From assembly GCF_006345805.1 (NCBI RefSeq), contig NC_043000.1, positions 42,346,001 through 42,410,000 on the forward strand: a DNA stretch of 64,000 bases, read 5' to 3'. The notes below the pieces were generated by a model. That model ran no database searches. It was not told the DNA's origin and was given only the letters and a program-made list of their open reading frames with translations. Origin of the DNA: Octopus sinensis (Eukaryota). Made by a program: the position numbers and the translations under genes. Shown piece after piece: positions 53,663-64,000 of the stretch. Position 1 is the first letter of the stretch. Each line of letters starts with the position of its first letter.

Positions 53663-55859
53663 TATATATACATATGTGTGTGTATGTATGTATATGCATG
53701 CATATATTGTTGAGGGAAGCGGTTGCACAAGCCTCTTTTGGAGTAGCAGAGATAAGAGAATGCTGTAAACGAAATCTTTTGATCATTTCTCTTCACGCTC
53801 TGATTTCAAAACTTACCGGAAACATTTATCTTTTAACTTTTTCGTAGCGTGACCCGTTAGTCGACAGTTGTATGGACAGAAATTAGTGTAAGAATTGGTT
53901 CAACTGACTGCGTATTTTCCCTACAGCCAAAATATTCCAACAAGGAGCACACTGTCTTTTTCTCGGCAGCTGCGTATCTAGGTTTACATTAAGGAACGTG
54001 ACCCGCTCTTTTCAAGACAGTCGCATGTCATTTAAAGGCGATTTAGATGCTACTTTTAACAGTATAAGTAACTAATTGCAGGCTTTATTAGGTTTGAAAC
54101 AGAACCGCATCCTCTCTTGTGTCCTTGCTAAACATCGTTTGTGTTCCCAAGAGAAGGAGGTAGATGGTAAAAAATCAGCTGAGCGTTAAACTCAGGGTCT
54201 TGTTGAGGGAGATTTTGCCGCCGTATCTTGCAGAGCAGAACAGACGTTCCTCAGTTCAGCCGAGAGACCTCTGTAATTATAAAATATCTACAATTTGAAT
54301 AATGCCAATTATGTGATCTTCTGCTTCAGCCAAAATATGATAACAGCCAGCAGGCTTTCAAGTTGTCTTATGTGATAGAGACATTATAACGCAACTTTCG
54401 TTTATCGCCATATCGTCACACTTGTTTTGGAAGTAATATTTTTTTTGTCTGTTCATGTTTGACTGTTTTCTATCTACTTCTGAGACCAATTGTATCTGTG
54501 CTCCAATGGGTTTTACATATGTTTGCTGTTGATTTCATTTTCATTATTACTGTTATCTTTACTACTTTGCCGACGGAGTCACCACAGTCGCCGTTGCCAC
54601 TGTAGTTGCTGGCATATCACCCTTGTCTTCATCATGTTTATCGTTTCTTTTTTCTACTATTACTCTTATCTATAATATTTTTTGTACTACGGACTCCATA
54701 TGTAACGCTCTGACTATTGAATGAATAAAATCGAAAGCGTAATCTATCTTAGACTACTAAATTTTATATTACATGTAAGACACTTGACTGATAAATAGAT
54801 ACTGTAAGTGAAGTATATGTGTTTGTGTGCGTGTGTGTATGTATGCATATATATGTATATATACATACAAACATATCTGTGTGTGTGTGTGTGCTGTTCT
54901 ATTCTAAGGATACATAACTATGAGATGCAGTTAATTTACTCTGTTCACTTGGGTTATGAGATCAAATCTAGTTATATGCACATTTACAATGTGAAAACAC
55001 GGGTGTAGTACAGCGTATTAAGAACTGTTAGAGCATTACATACGTCATCTTGATGTAGAAGTATATTACAGACGGATTACGCCTTTTATATCATTCTATT
55101 TTTAAGTTTAATGTGGCGATAAAAATTACAGACAATTCTTATGGTAGACAAAATGAGAAATATATAACAAACAATATTGTTTTCAAATATGTTCTCCCAT
55201 AAGACTGCTTTCGTAATACTACGTATGCGGAACATGATATTTCCAGAGTCAAACACCTCAGGAAAAATACAGTTTGAAATAAAATCATGTTTTTCATAAT
55301 GCACAAACTAACCGCGGTGAAATATTCTTTGGTTTCTACTAGTTATTTATCATCCTCTTTCTAGCTTTTATCACTGCACTGTGGTCATATCGGGACACGA
55401 AATTTTTAAGATGTGGTCGATTCTATCAAACCTACTTGAGTAGAATGCAAGATGCAAACAATGTCAAATAGAGCCAACCGGAGACGCGATCGAGCAAAAT
55501 GTATATTGGTATGTATATGAAAATAAAAACAAATTCCTCTCTCTCTCTCTTTCTCTCTCCCTCACTCGTTCTATTAGATCCTCCAGGGCTGTCAGTACAA
55601 CGAGCAACGAATCTTCTCCAGAGAGAAATAAATAAATAAATAGACACACACGCTCATATATATCTATAAATATTATATTAAAGTGGTAGTTAGGATAAAT
55701 TTTAGGTGTTTCCTCTTGAAGCATATCTGCTTATTCCATTACTACAATCCATGTACAATTCATATATATCCACGGTTGCTAGCGCATGTTAGTGAAAATA
55801 CATGCTAAAATTGAGAATTTCGGAAATATTAATTACCAAGATATCGTATAACAAAGTAG

Positions 55860-56322
55860 GAAAGTGGGCATGTTTTGGTATTATTTATTCTCCATTACAC
55901 GCATTTCATTTACTAATAAGAATTACAACGATTTACATATATATGCATGTAAGTAACTTCCAATTAGAAATTCGTCAGACAGAGAAAGATTTATTTATAA
56001 AACTTTTTATAATAAAAGTCCTTTATATAAATACATGTAACTTTCTCTCTTCCGAATTTCTTTTCTACTCCAGGCAGTATTTCGCCCGGCGGGCTAACGT
56101 TTCTGCCACCTCACCGCCTTCTGTCTGGCGGATTTCTAATAAATAAATAATTTATCCATTATAGATGAATTTATAATACAACTTTTTATAATAAAAAATC
56201 TTTCTGATAATATAAAATAAAAACTTTCTGATTGATAAATCTCTAATAAAGACTTCCTTACATGTCTATCTAACATATAAATCTTTTTAATTCCTATTAA
56301 CAAATGAAACATGTCCACTTTC
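55860..56322. repeat. Old degenerate inverted repeat with a SINE fragment in the spacer
   Basis: gaaagtgggcatgttt..tttcatttactaataagaatta versus taattcctattaacaaatgaaacatgtccactttc. Confidence 0.6.
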
Positions 56323-56464
56323 GTGCTCAACACCGCAGTAGTGGATATAATTTTTTTATTTGTGAAATAAGGCTGCCAGTGTCTTAACAAATCTTCATGC
56401 CGATCACATGGAGAAAAGTGTTCGCCTCCATTATGGAAAACACAGCCTATGTGTACATATATAA

Positions 56465-57065
56465 GAAGGGATTAATCTTCTCTCTTCGCTCCTATGCACC
56501 ACATGGGCTCAACTCTCCTCCCCTATTCATCTAACTCCTCTCGCCTCTCTCCCCCTCACACCTACTTCCACCCACCCACCTGGCCTCTCTTGACCGACTC
56601 CTGCTTCTCTTCACTCCTACCCACCTTCTCCTTCCCCCTTCATCCTCACCCCTCCCTCGTAAGCCTACCTACCCCTACACATTCCACCCCACCTTCTCTA
56701 TCCTTCCCCATTCCACTCCACATGCCCCAACTCTACCCCCACCCTCCGCCTAACCCACACACCACCTTTGATTTCCCCACTCTCGCCTCCCCACCTCTCA
56801 ACATCATCGCACCAAACCACACACCACTACACCATACACCACCATACCACACATCACATCACAACACACCACCACGTACACACCCGCACTGACCCATTCC
56901 CAGACCTACATTTTCACACCTACACATACACACACGCACACATCAAGATGACCAACCCTCTTCCACATGCACATACAAAGTCTCTTATACACACGCACGC
57001 GCACCATCGTTTTGGGATCACTACTACTGTATTATCTCCCCTTCTCCCTAGCTCTCCTGTTTGAC
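56465..57065 (+). mobile_element. Penelope-like element 3' end (GIY-YIG C-terminus and C-rich UTR)
   Basis: GLIFSLRSYAPHGLN matches the IF.L.T..P.GLN terminus of PLE endonucleases; distal part resembles 11983-12040. Confidence 0.6.
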
Positions 57066-57299
57066 TTTCGTGCTTACCATGTACAAAGAAGGTAATTCTT
57101 CCTGTTCCGGTGGACATTTTAGTAGAATTTAAGGTAGGCCATTTTCAGTAGTAAGTTATTCCCTTTGGATTTTAGACTGAGCATATTCTCAGCAAAGGAG
57201 TTTCAGTTCTTAAGGTAAAAATTTTCATTAGTGAGTGACTGACGGCGCTTTAAAATCTTTAAAATGCGGTGGAGCCTATTTAATATATGCATAAATCAA

Positions 57300-57495
57300 A
57301 GCAGCGAGATGGCAGAATTGTAAGCACTTCAGAAAAAAATGCTTAGCGGCATTTCGACTATCTTTAGTGGCATTTCGTTCAAATTCCGTTGAGGTCAACT
57401 TCGTCTGTCATCCTTTCGGGGTTGGTGAGATAAGTATCAGTTGAGCACGGGGGCCGATAAAGTCGACTTATCCCCACCCACGAAATTTTGAAACC
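57300..57495 (+). mobile_element. Nin/Deu-domain-like SINE
   Basis: gcagcgagatggcagaattg...tcatcctttcggggttggtgagataagtatcag. Confidence 0.8.
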
Positions 57496-58298
57496 GGTGT
57501 ATATATATATATATATAATTATGAGTTCGTACTGAACATTTATATATTACATTATTACGCTGTTACTTTTGACAAGGTAGTTATCAGCAACTTGTTTAAT
57601 AATAAACAATCCAATAACGACTTATCCTTATTGGATTATCATTGAAGCACTGTTTACTTTCCAGACTTGTATATGTTTGGTGCCATTCAGAAAACTATCA
57701 TTTGGTTTTTTACGATGATAGACGTTGTTAATATTATTATAAACTGAGACTGAATGGTTATTTCATTATTCAACGCTTCCATTAATAAAAACGTATTCAT
57801 GTTTGGTTAAGTAGCTTAGCTAAAATTCTCGTATATGAAAAAATCTGAGTTTGATACAGAACTAGCAAAACATTACTTATATCATTCTTTAGTTAACAAT
57901 GAACAGATGCCGATATTTTATCAACAACGATGGAATAGTAGTTTAGGATTATTAGTTGAAATGGTGGTGAGAAATTTCAAGAAAAGTTTTGCACGCGTCT
58001 TTTCCTGAACAGAGAATGGAAGATTATACCATGTGATATTTCTATTCGTATATTTTCTATCATCATGTATTACTAGAATATGATTTTTGGAAGTAACATA
58101 AGTGCAATCATCGGTTCTGCGCCGAAGGGTGTTTAGTTATCTTGCTACCAACTCGACTAGATTCGGTGAAGTAACTGAATCTTCTGTAATTAACAACAGA
58201 GTATCTGTCATGTCTACTATTATTAATTTTGTTATTAGTATGAGCAGCTGGAAAATTTCTTACTTTACGTTTATACTTAGTATTATTTGTAATATTGA

Positions 58299-58352
58299 AG
58301 GCGGCGAGCTGGCAGAAGCGTTAGCAGGCCGGGCGATATGCTTAGCGGAATT
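58299..58352 (+). mobile_element. Truncated SINE head abutting the U6 copy
   Basis: aggcggcgagctggcagaagcgttagcaggccgggcgatatgcttagcgg. Confidence 0.8.
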
Positions 58353-58362
58353 GTTTTTTTTT

Positions 58363-58468
58363 AATATATGGAACGCTTCACGAATTTGCGTGTCATCCTT
58401 GCGCAGGGGCCATTCTAATCTTCTCTGCATCGTTCCAATTTTAGAATATGTACCGCCGTAGCTAGTAC
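58363..58468 (-). pseudogene. U6: U6 snRNA retrocopy (full length, A-tailed)
   Basis: Reverse complement GTACTAGCTACGGCGGTACATATTCTAAAATTGGAACGATGCAGAGAAGATTAGAATGGCCCCTGCGCAAGGATGACACGCAAATTCGTGAAGCGTTCCATATATT plus A9. ACAGAGA box is GCAGAGA, AGC triad is AGA, no upstream TATA. Confidence 0.93.
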
Positions 58469-58782
58469 CATCACCATCGCCACCATATCTACCATACCCA
58501 CACCGTTCATTCTTTTTGTAATAGGGTGATAGTAATAGTATGAGCTATAATTGTGATAGAGGCGGGTGCGGCGGTGATGATAGTGGTGGTAGCCGAGGCG
58601 GTCAGGAATGACGGTGAGAGTAAGCGATGTGAAAGACAGTGGTGATGGTGGAGACGGCGACGTCAAAGATATTGATTGTGGTGGCGTCAGAAGTCTGAAT
58701 GGTGTGTTTATGACACATGTGGTGGCGTTGGTGGTATTACTAAGAAAATGAATTTAGTGTTCAGTACCTCTTTCTCTCACAT

Positions 58783-58832
<50 letters not shown>

Positions 58833-59239
58833 ATAGTCACTTCCACTGCCACCACCAACAGTACTACTTGTAATAAACATCATCAACAGTAGAAGTGTCA
58901 TTGAAGAGTGAGAGATGAATTCAAAGTGTGACACGCAGAAATTAGTTTTCGCATTTATTAGATGAATTTAAGATAGGCATTTTATTTATATGCTATAGTA
59001 TTTAACTAGATTTAAGAAATGGATAATATAGGCTAAAGATTAAATATAAAGTAACATCAAGAAAATTTAGAATTATTGTAGTCTTATTAAAATGCGATAG
59101 GGATTATAATGAGACATCATCTAAACCGTTCAGGGAAATAGTAATCAGGGGTTGTAAAACAAAGTCATAACGCTATAGTGTTCCGCATATGACTCGAAAT
59201 TCTTTTCTTAAAGCTAATTCGTATAATACAAATAATCAT

Positions 59240-60416
59240 TTTTAGTGTAGGCACAATGCCAGAAATTTTTGTGGAAGGATGAAGTTGATTACATCGAATC
59301 CAGTACTTAACTGGTACGACATTTATGTACACCGAAAGGTTGAAAAGTAAAGTCGACCTCGACGGAATTTAATCTCAGAACGTAAAGACGGACGAATTGC
59401 CACTAAGCATTTTGCCCGGCATGCTAACGATTCATATTTCTTTATTGCCCACAAGGGGCTAAACACAGAGGGGACAGACAAAGGTATTAAGTTGATTACA
59501 TCGACCCCAGTGCGTAACTGGTCCCTAATTTATCGATCCCGAAAGGATGAAAGGCAAAGTCGACCTCGGCGAAATTTGAACTCAGAACGTAACGGCAGAC
59601 GAAATACTGCCAAGCATTTCGCCCGGCGTGCAAACGATTCTTATTTCTTTATTGCCCACAAGGGGCTAAACATAGAAGGGTTAAACAAGGACAAAGGTAT
59701 TAAGTTGATTACATCGACCCCAATGCGTAACTGGTCCTTAATTTATCGATCCCGAAAGGATGAAAGGCAAAGTCGACCTCGGCGGAACTCAGAATGTAAC
59801 GGCAGACGAAATATATATTTCTTTACTACCAACAAGGGGCTAAACACAGAGGAGACAAACAAGGACATACAGACGGATTAAGTCGATTATATCGACCCCA
59901 GTGCGTAACTGGTACTTATTTAATCGACCCCGAAAGGATGAAAGGCAAAGTCGACCCCCGCAAAATTTGAACTCAGAACATAACGGCAGACGAAATACAT
60001 ATTTCTTTACTACTCACAAGAGGCTAAACACAGAGAGGACAAACAAGGACAGACAAACGGATTGAGTCGATTATATCGACCCCAGTGCGTAACTGGTCCT
60101 TAATTTATCGACCCCGAAAGGATGAGAGGCAAAGTCAACCTCGGCGAAATTTGAACTGAGATAGTAGAAGCAGACGAAATACCTATTTCTTTACTACCCA
60201 CAAGGAGCCAAACACAGAGAGGACAAACGATGACAAACAAACGGAATAAATCGATTATATCGACCCCAGTGCGCAACTGATAATTATTTAATCGATCCCG
60301 AAAGGATGAAAGGCAAAGTCGACCTCGGCGGAATTTTGAACTCAGAACGTAGCCGCAGACGAAATACCGCTAAACATTTCGCCTGGAGTGCTAACGATTC
60401 TGCCAGCTCGCCGCCT
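59240..60416 (-). mobile_element. Head-to-tail array of six Nin/Deu-like SINE units
   Basis: Units ~59240-59433, 59434-59640, 59641-59813, 59814-59998, 59999-60183, 60184-60416, each with atcgacccc..aaaggatgaaaggcaaagtcgacctc. Confidence 0.92.
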
Positions 60417-61626
60417 TTACAATGGGAATAATCCAAGTAAATCTGTTACCTCAGCTGAATTAAGGGAGCCCATTGTATCAAAATTAACTGATCTGGACTT
60501 TCCAGCTCAGTAATGATCCTGCAATATGATCATTTGTGTTTGTAGCTACTAAAACCATGTATCCATCTCAGCCTAATAAACTACACATTTTTCTAGTAAA
60601 AACAAGCATCTTATACGAAAGAAGAGGGGATAACGAACAATAATAGTTATTAATGTAAAACTGCAAGTAGGAAGTTTCCTGCTATTTTGTAAGCTAACCA
60701 CCGAATCCACTAATCTGAATTATCGTAAAGAGATAGTTTTATACAAGTCTTCACTTTTGATATACAGTTATGTAACTTCTTCGCATCCTCTTACTAGTAT
60801 GACCTATAATTTGTACTCATACGTAGAGATTACATACACAAATATATCTACACACACTTTAATCTTGTGTACATATATACATATATAGATATATCTCTAT
60901 ATATGCATTTACGAAACTTGAGTGTTTATACACACACATCATATGTAAGTATATTGTGTGTGTGTGCGTGTGCGTATGCGTGAGGTATACCATTCAAAAC
61001 AAAACCAAGCAATACAGAAAAGAGGGAAGACAATAGCGTCGAATTAAAGATATTGTAACGACGGAAGTATCTTCGCCATTTAACTCTTCTTGCAGCATTT
61101 AGAGCCTCCATGTTACTTTGTTATCTCTTTAACGTGATTACTCTCCCAACAAGAGCAAATGGTAAAAAAAATATAATTTAAACTGAACTTTGCTATATCA
61201 TTAATTATTATTCCTTTGCTGTCTTCCTTAGAAATACGCCACGTAGATAATTGCACTACTCGGCACTCGTACACATATTACGAAGATTACTTTCAGTACA
61301 ACCGAACATCACAAAAGAAAATGAAAAAGAAACAATAAAAAGAAAAAAAAATACAAGCAAAAACAAACAGAACCAATTCGACACACTATGCGTCCCAAAG
61401 GCACAGGTAACTGCACTCAGATATCAAGTAGAAGCACGAAATAATGATAGTCAACTGGAAAAAAAAGAGTGTATTGCGTGTAAATATTTTTTAACTGAGA
61501 ACTTATGTCGTTGTTTGCATATATATGTGTCACATACCTGTAATTGTGTGAATATATACTTGTATATACGGATATGGCCGAGCTTGTCTATATCCACATC
61601 CTTGTCTACATCCACATCTGTCTATC

Positions 61627-61627
<1 letters not shown>

Positions 61628-61722
<95 letters not shown>
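61628..61722. repeat. (TCTA)n microsatellite
   Basis: Direct reading. Confidence 0.95.
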
Positions 61723-61744
61723 GTCTGTCCGTCTGTCTCTTTTA

Positions 61745-62102
61745 TCTTTTACTTGTCTCAGTCACTAGACTGTGACCATACTGGAGCACCGCCTTGAAGG
61801 AGTTTTAGCCGACTCCAGTACTTAGTATTTTTTTAAGCGTGATACTTATTCTATAGGATTTACGGGAAGGTGAACATGCAAATACCGGCTCTCAAGCGGT
61901 GGTGAAGGGGACAAAGACAAAGACAAAGACACACACATACACACACACACACACACCACGGACTTCTTTCAGCTTCCATCTACCAAATCCAGTCACAAGG
62001 TCTTATTCAGCCCGAGGCTGTAGTAGAAGACACTTGTCCAAGGTACCATCCAGTGGAACTGTTGTTAGGAAGCAAGTTTTTTACCACACAGCCACTCCTG
62101 CA
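61745..62102 (-). mobile_element. Compact complete CORE-like SINE (head, (TG)n, tail)
   Basis: Head reverse complement gcaggagtggctgtgtggtaa at 62102; (CA)n ~61930-61955; tail cagtcactagactgtgaccatactggagcaccgcc. Confidence 0.8.
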
Positions 62103-62142
62103 TCTATATACTTATATGCGTATGTGTCTGTATATATATATG

Positions 62143-62188
<46 letters not shown>

Positions 62189-62366
62189 TGTATGTATGTA
62201 TGTATGTATGTATGTGTGTATGTAGAAATGTGACTACGGTGTTAAAAAACATCTACATTGCTAGAAATAAGAGCTAAAATGCTTTAATGCTGTACTTATC
62301 GCTCATGAATGAAAACATACACACTAAAAGGGACATGACTCGTCCGAAAAATGCCGATCGAGAATT

Positions 62367-62415
62367 CTTAATACTGATGTCAGTCTCGGCAATTTCCGTT
62401 GCCTCGTCAGTTAAG
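62367..62415 (-). ncRNA. Hammerhead ribozyme motif (A14G variant)
   Basis: CUUAA-CUGACGA-GGCAA CGGAAA UUGCC-GAGA-CUGACAUCAG-UA-UUAAG. Confidence 0.6.
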
Positions 62416-62621
62416 CCCACACGATCTCGGCCTTTTTCGAACTTCCTCATCCAAATTAATGGATGATTTAGCGATTCGCTTATGTGTATACATAAAATTA
62501 ATATAAACAGCAGGCTGCAATGTTTCACCAAAACTGAGAATTATAATTGTCACTAAAAGTGATTAGGTAGTTATGTATACTGATAGGGAAATAAGTCCGA
62601 AAATGGCCGAAATCAAGTGGG

Positions 62622-62670
62622 CTTAATTGATGAGGCAGCGGAAATTGTCGAAACTGACGTCAGTATTGAG
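62622..62670 (+). ncRNA. Hammerhead ribozyme motif (C3U variant)
   Basis: CUUAA-UUGAUGA-GGCAG CGGAAA UUGUC-GAAA-CUGACGUCAG-UA-UUGAG. Confidence 0.65.
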
Positions 62671-62846
62671 AATTCTCGATCGGGATTTTTCGGTCGATTC
62701 AAATCCCATGTTTTCATTAATGTGCGTTAACTACAGCATTAGAGCATTTTAGCTCCTATTTTAGCAATGTAGGTGCTTTTGGCACCCTAGTGACATTTGT
62801 GGACATCAAAGTATGCAATATTTTAGATACAGTATAGCTGGTTTTG

Positions 62847-62924
62847 CAATTGATGTGAGCTAACTGGATGGTTATCCAATACAGTGTTCTTCTGGATAAC
62901 CATCCAGTTAGCTCACATCAATTG
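62847..62924. repeat. Perfect 32-bp inverted repeat, 14-nt loop
   Basis: caattgatgtgagctaactggatggttatcca / tggataaccatccagttagctcacatcaattg. Confidence 0.95.
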
Positions 62925-63479
62925 TTGTTATATTTTTTCTATATCTACCATCCACAAAGGGCATATGTATTAGATAACTACCCTGTTACCCTTAATATCC
63001 GGTATGAAACTGGTTGTTAAGATCGGCCGTAATGACTGCAGTCTATTGACTGAAACATTTAATTATGTATGGAATTCCTTTCTCTTTTATGCACCATACG
63101 TGGATGGCTAGAGACACCGGAAATGAGCAACATGACGTTCCTGGCCAGCCGTGTATGACACTTAAAATAGGAAGTTTTCACTTTTTCTTGTAATCATTTT
63201 TTGAAATCACGACTATGATCCGGGTTTAAATTTTCCTTTAAGTTGTCGATAGTTTTGTAAAGGTCACTTAGAGTTCATTTTGGACAATAAACTTAATACA
63301 TTCATGATAATCTTTAACGTGTCTAGACTTTCACAGAGTCCTCATTAGAAATTAAATCGGTATTTGTCTGTGTAACAGCATCATTTTACAATAGGTACAT
63401 GTGATTTATATAGAATTTATCAACTGAATATGATTCAATGGAATTTGAAATTTAATTGTTTGGTATTTTCATCCTTAGA

Positions 63480-63840
63480 CACATATCTATTTGTTTTTGG
63501 CATATGTGTGTTGTCTTCGTATTAATTTTAGCATTTTGCTGTGATACGGAGAATGCTTCCATTATTAATAATCTATACCTCCTGGAAATGTTATATTGAA
63601 CAGACGTGTTATCAAAGCTCCACCTGTCTAATTTGGTATTGCGTTGTAAATCATATTGTGATGTAAGACGTAGGTTGTAAGTCGCAAGTAGTAACTACAA
63701 CACTTATGTTATAAGCATTGTTGTTGCTCTTTGTTTGAAGTCAATAGTGAGCTTACGAGCAAGTGTTGTACATCCATGGCTAATGTTAAAATACGAGTCA
63801 TGAAGTCTTACAGCTCCAAATTTATAAATCCTGCAACGCA
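63480..63840 (-). mobile_element. Decayed Penelope-like GIY-YIG remnant
   Basis: Minus-strand IYKF...TTLARKLT..KQRA and RLLIMEAFSVSQQNAKIN. Confidence 0.5.
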
Positions 63841-64000
63841 TTTAAAATGGTGTCTCTGATTTAGATGGCTATGGTTTGTCGTGGATACAGAAACTTTTGC
63901 TTTAAATGTTTTTGTAGAATATTATTAGAATTAGTATGTGGCCTATTACTACGTATTTTTTGTTCCCGCTAATAAAAGTATTAACGTGGATTCATCTGTA

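Larger units (their letters stand above)
62226..62798. repeat. Imperfect inverted repeat (~215-bp arms) with an HHR in each arm
   Basis: 62226-62444 versus 62593-62798. Confidence 0.88.

Noticed and set aside
58363-58468. Functional U6 gene
   Set aside because: Mutated ACAGAGA box and AGC triad, A-tail instead of a T-run terminator, and no upstream TATA.
59240-60416. CRISPR-like regular repeat array
   Set aside because: The units are whole ~170-230 bp SINE copies with no unique spacers, in a eukaryotic context with no cas genes.

Overview
This is an AT-rich, microsatellite-saturated, non-coding metazoan window. The SINE families and (TA)n/(TCTA)n/(CA)n density suggest an octopus or other coleoid cephalopod genome (inference). 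No host protein-coding gene could be supported; nearly all long ORFs in the supplied track are microsatellite translations. The window contains several tRNA-derived SINE families and decayed retroelements: CR1-group, RTE, Tx1/L1-like, R4/NeSL-like, several Penelope-like elements (PLEs) and a possible DIRS/Ngaro. DNA elements include an internally deleted piggyBac with intact TTAA ends, two Helitron-type elements and a possible Sola remnant. There is also a tRNA-Lys(CTT) copy, a U6 snRNA retrocopy and a 100-N gap. The most interesting signal is a set of hammerhead-ribozyme (HHR) motifs in at least seven unrelated sequence contexts, mostly in long inverted or tandem repeats inserted into (TA)n tracts. 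The best case is a 600-bp tandem duplication (46382-47549) in which both copies carry an intact HHR with an unusually long stem II, a retrozyme-like arrangement that predicts a 600-nt self-excised RNA. Two SINE-LINE 3'-tail partnerships are also visible, one linked to a six-unit SINE tandem array. All family names are assigned by eye from recalled motifs; no searches were run.
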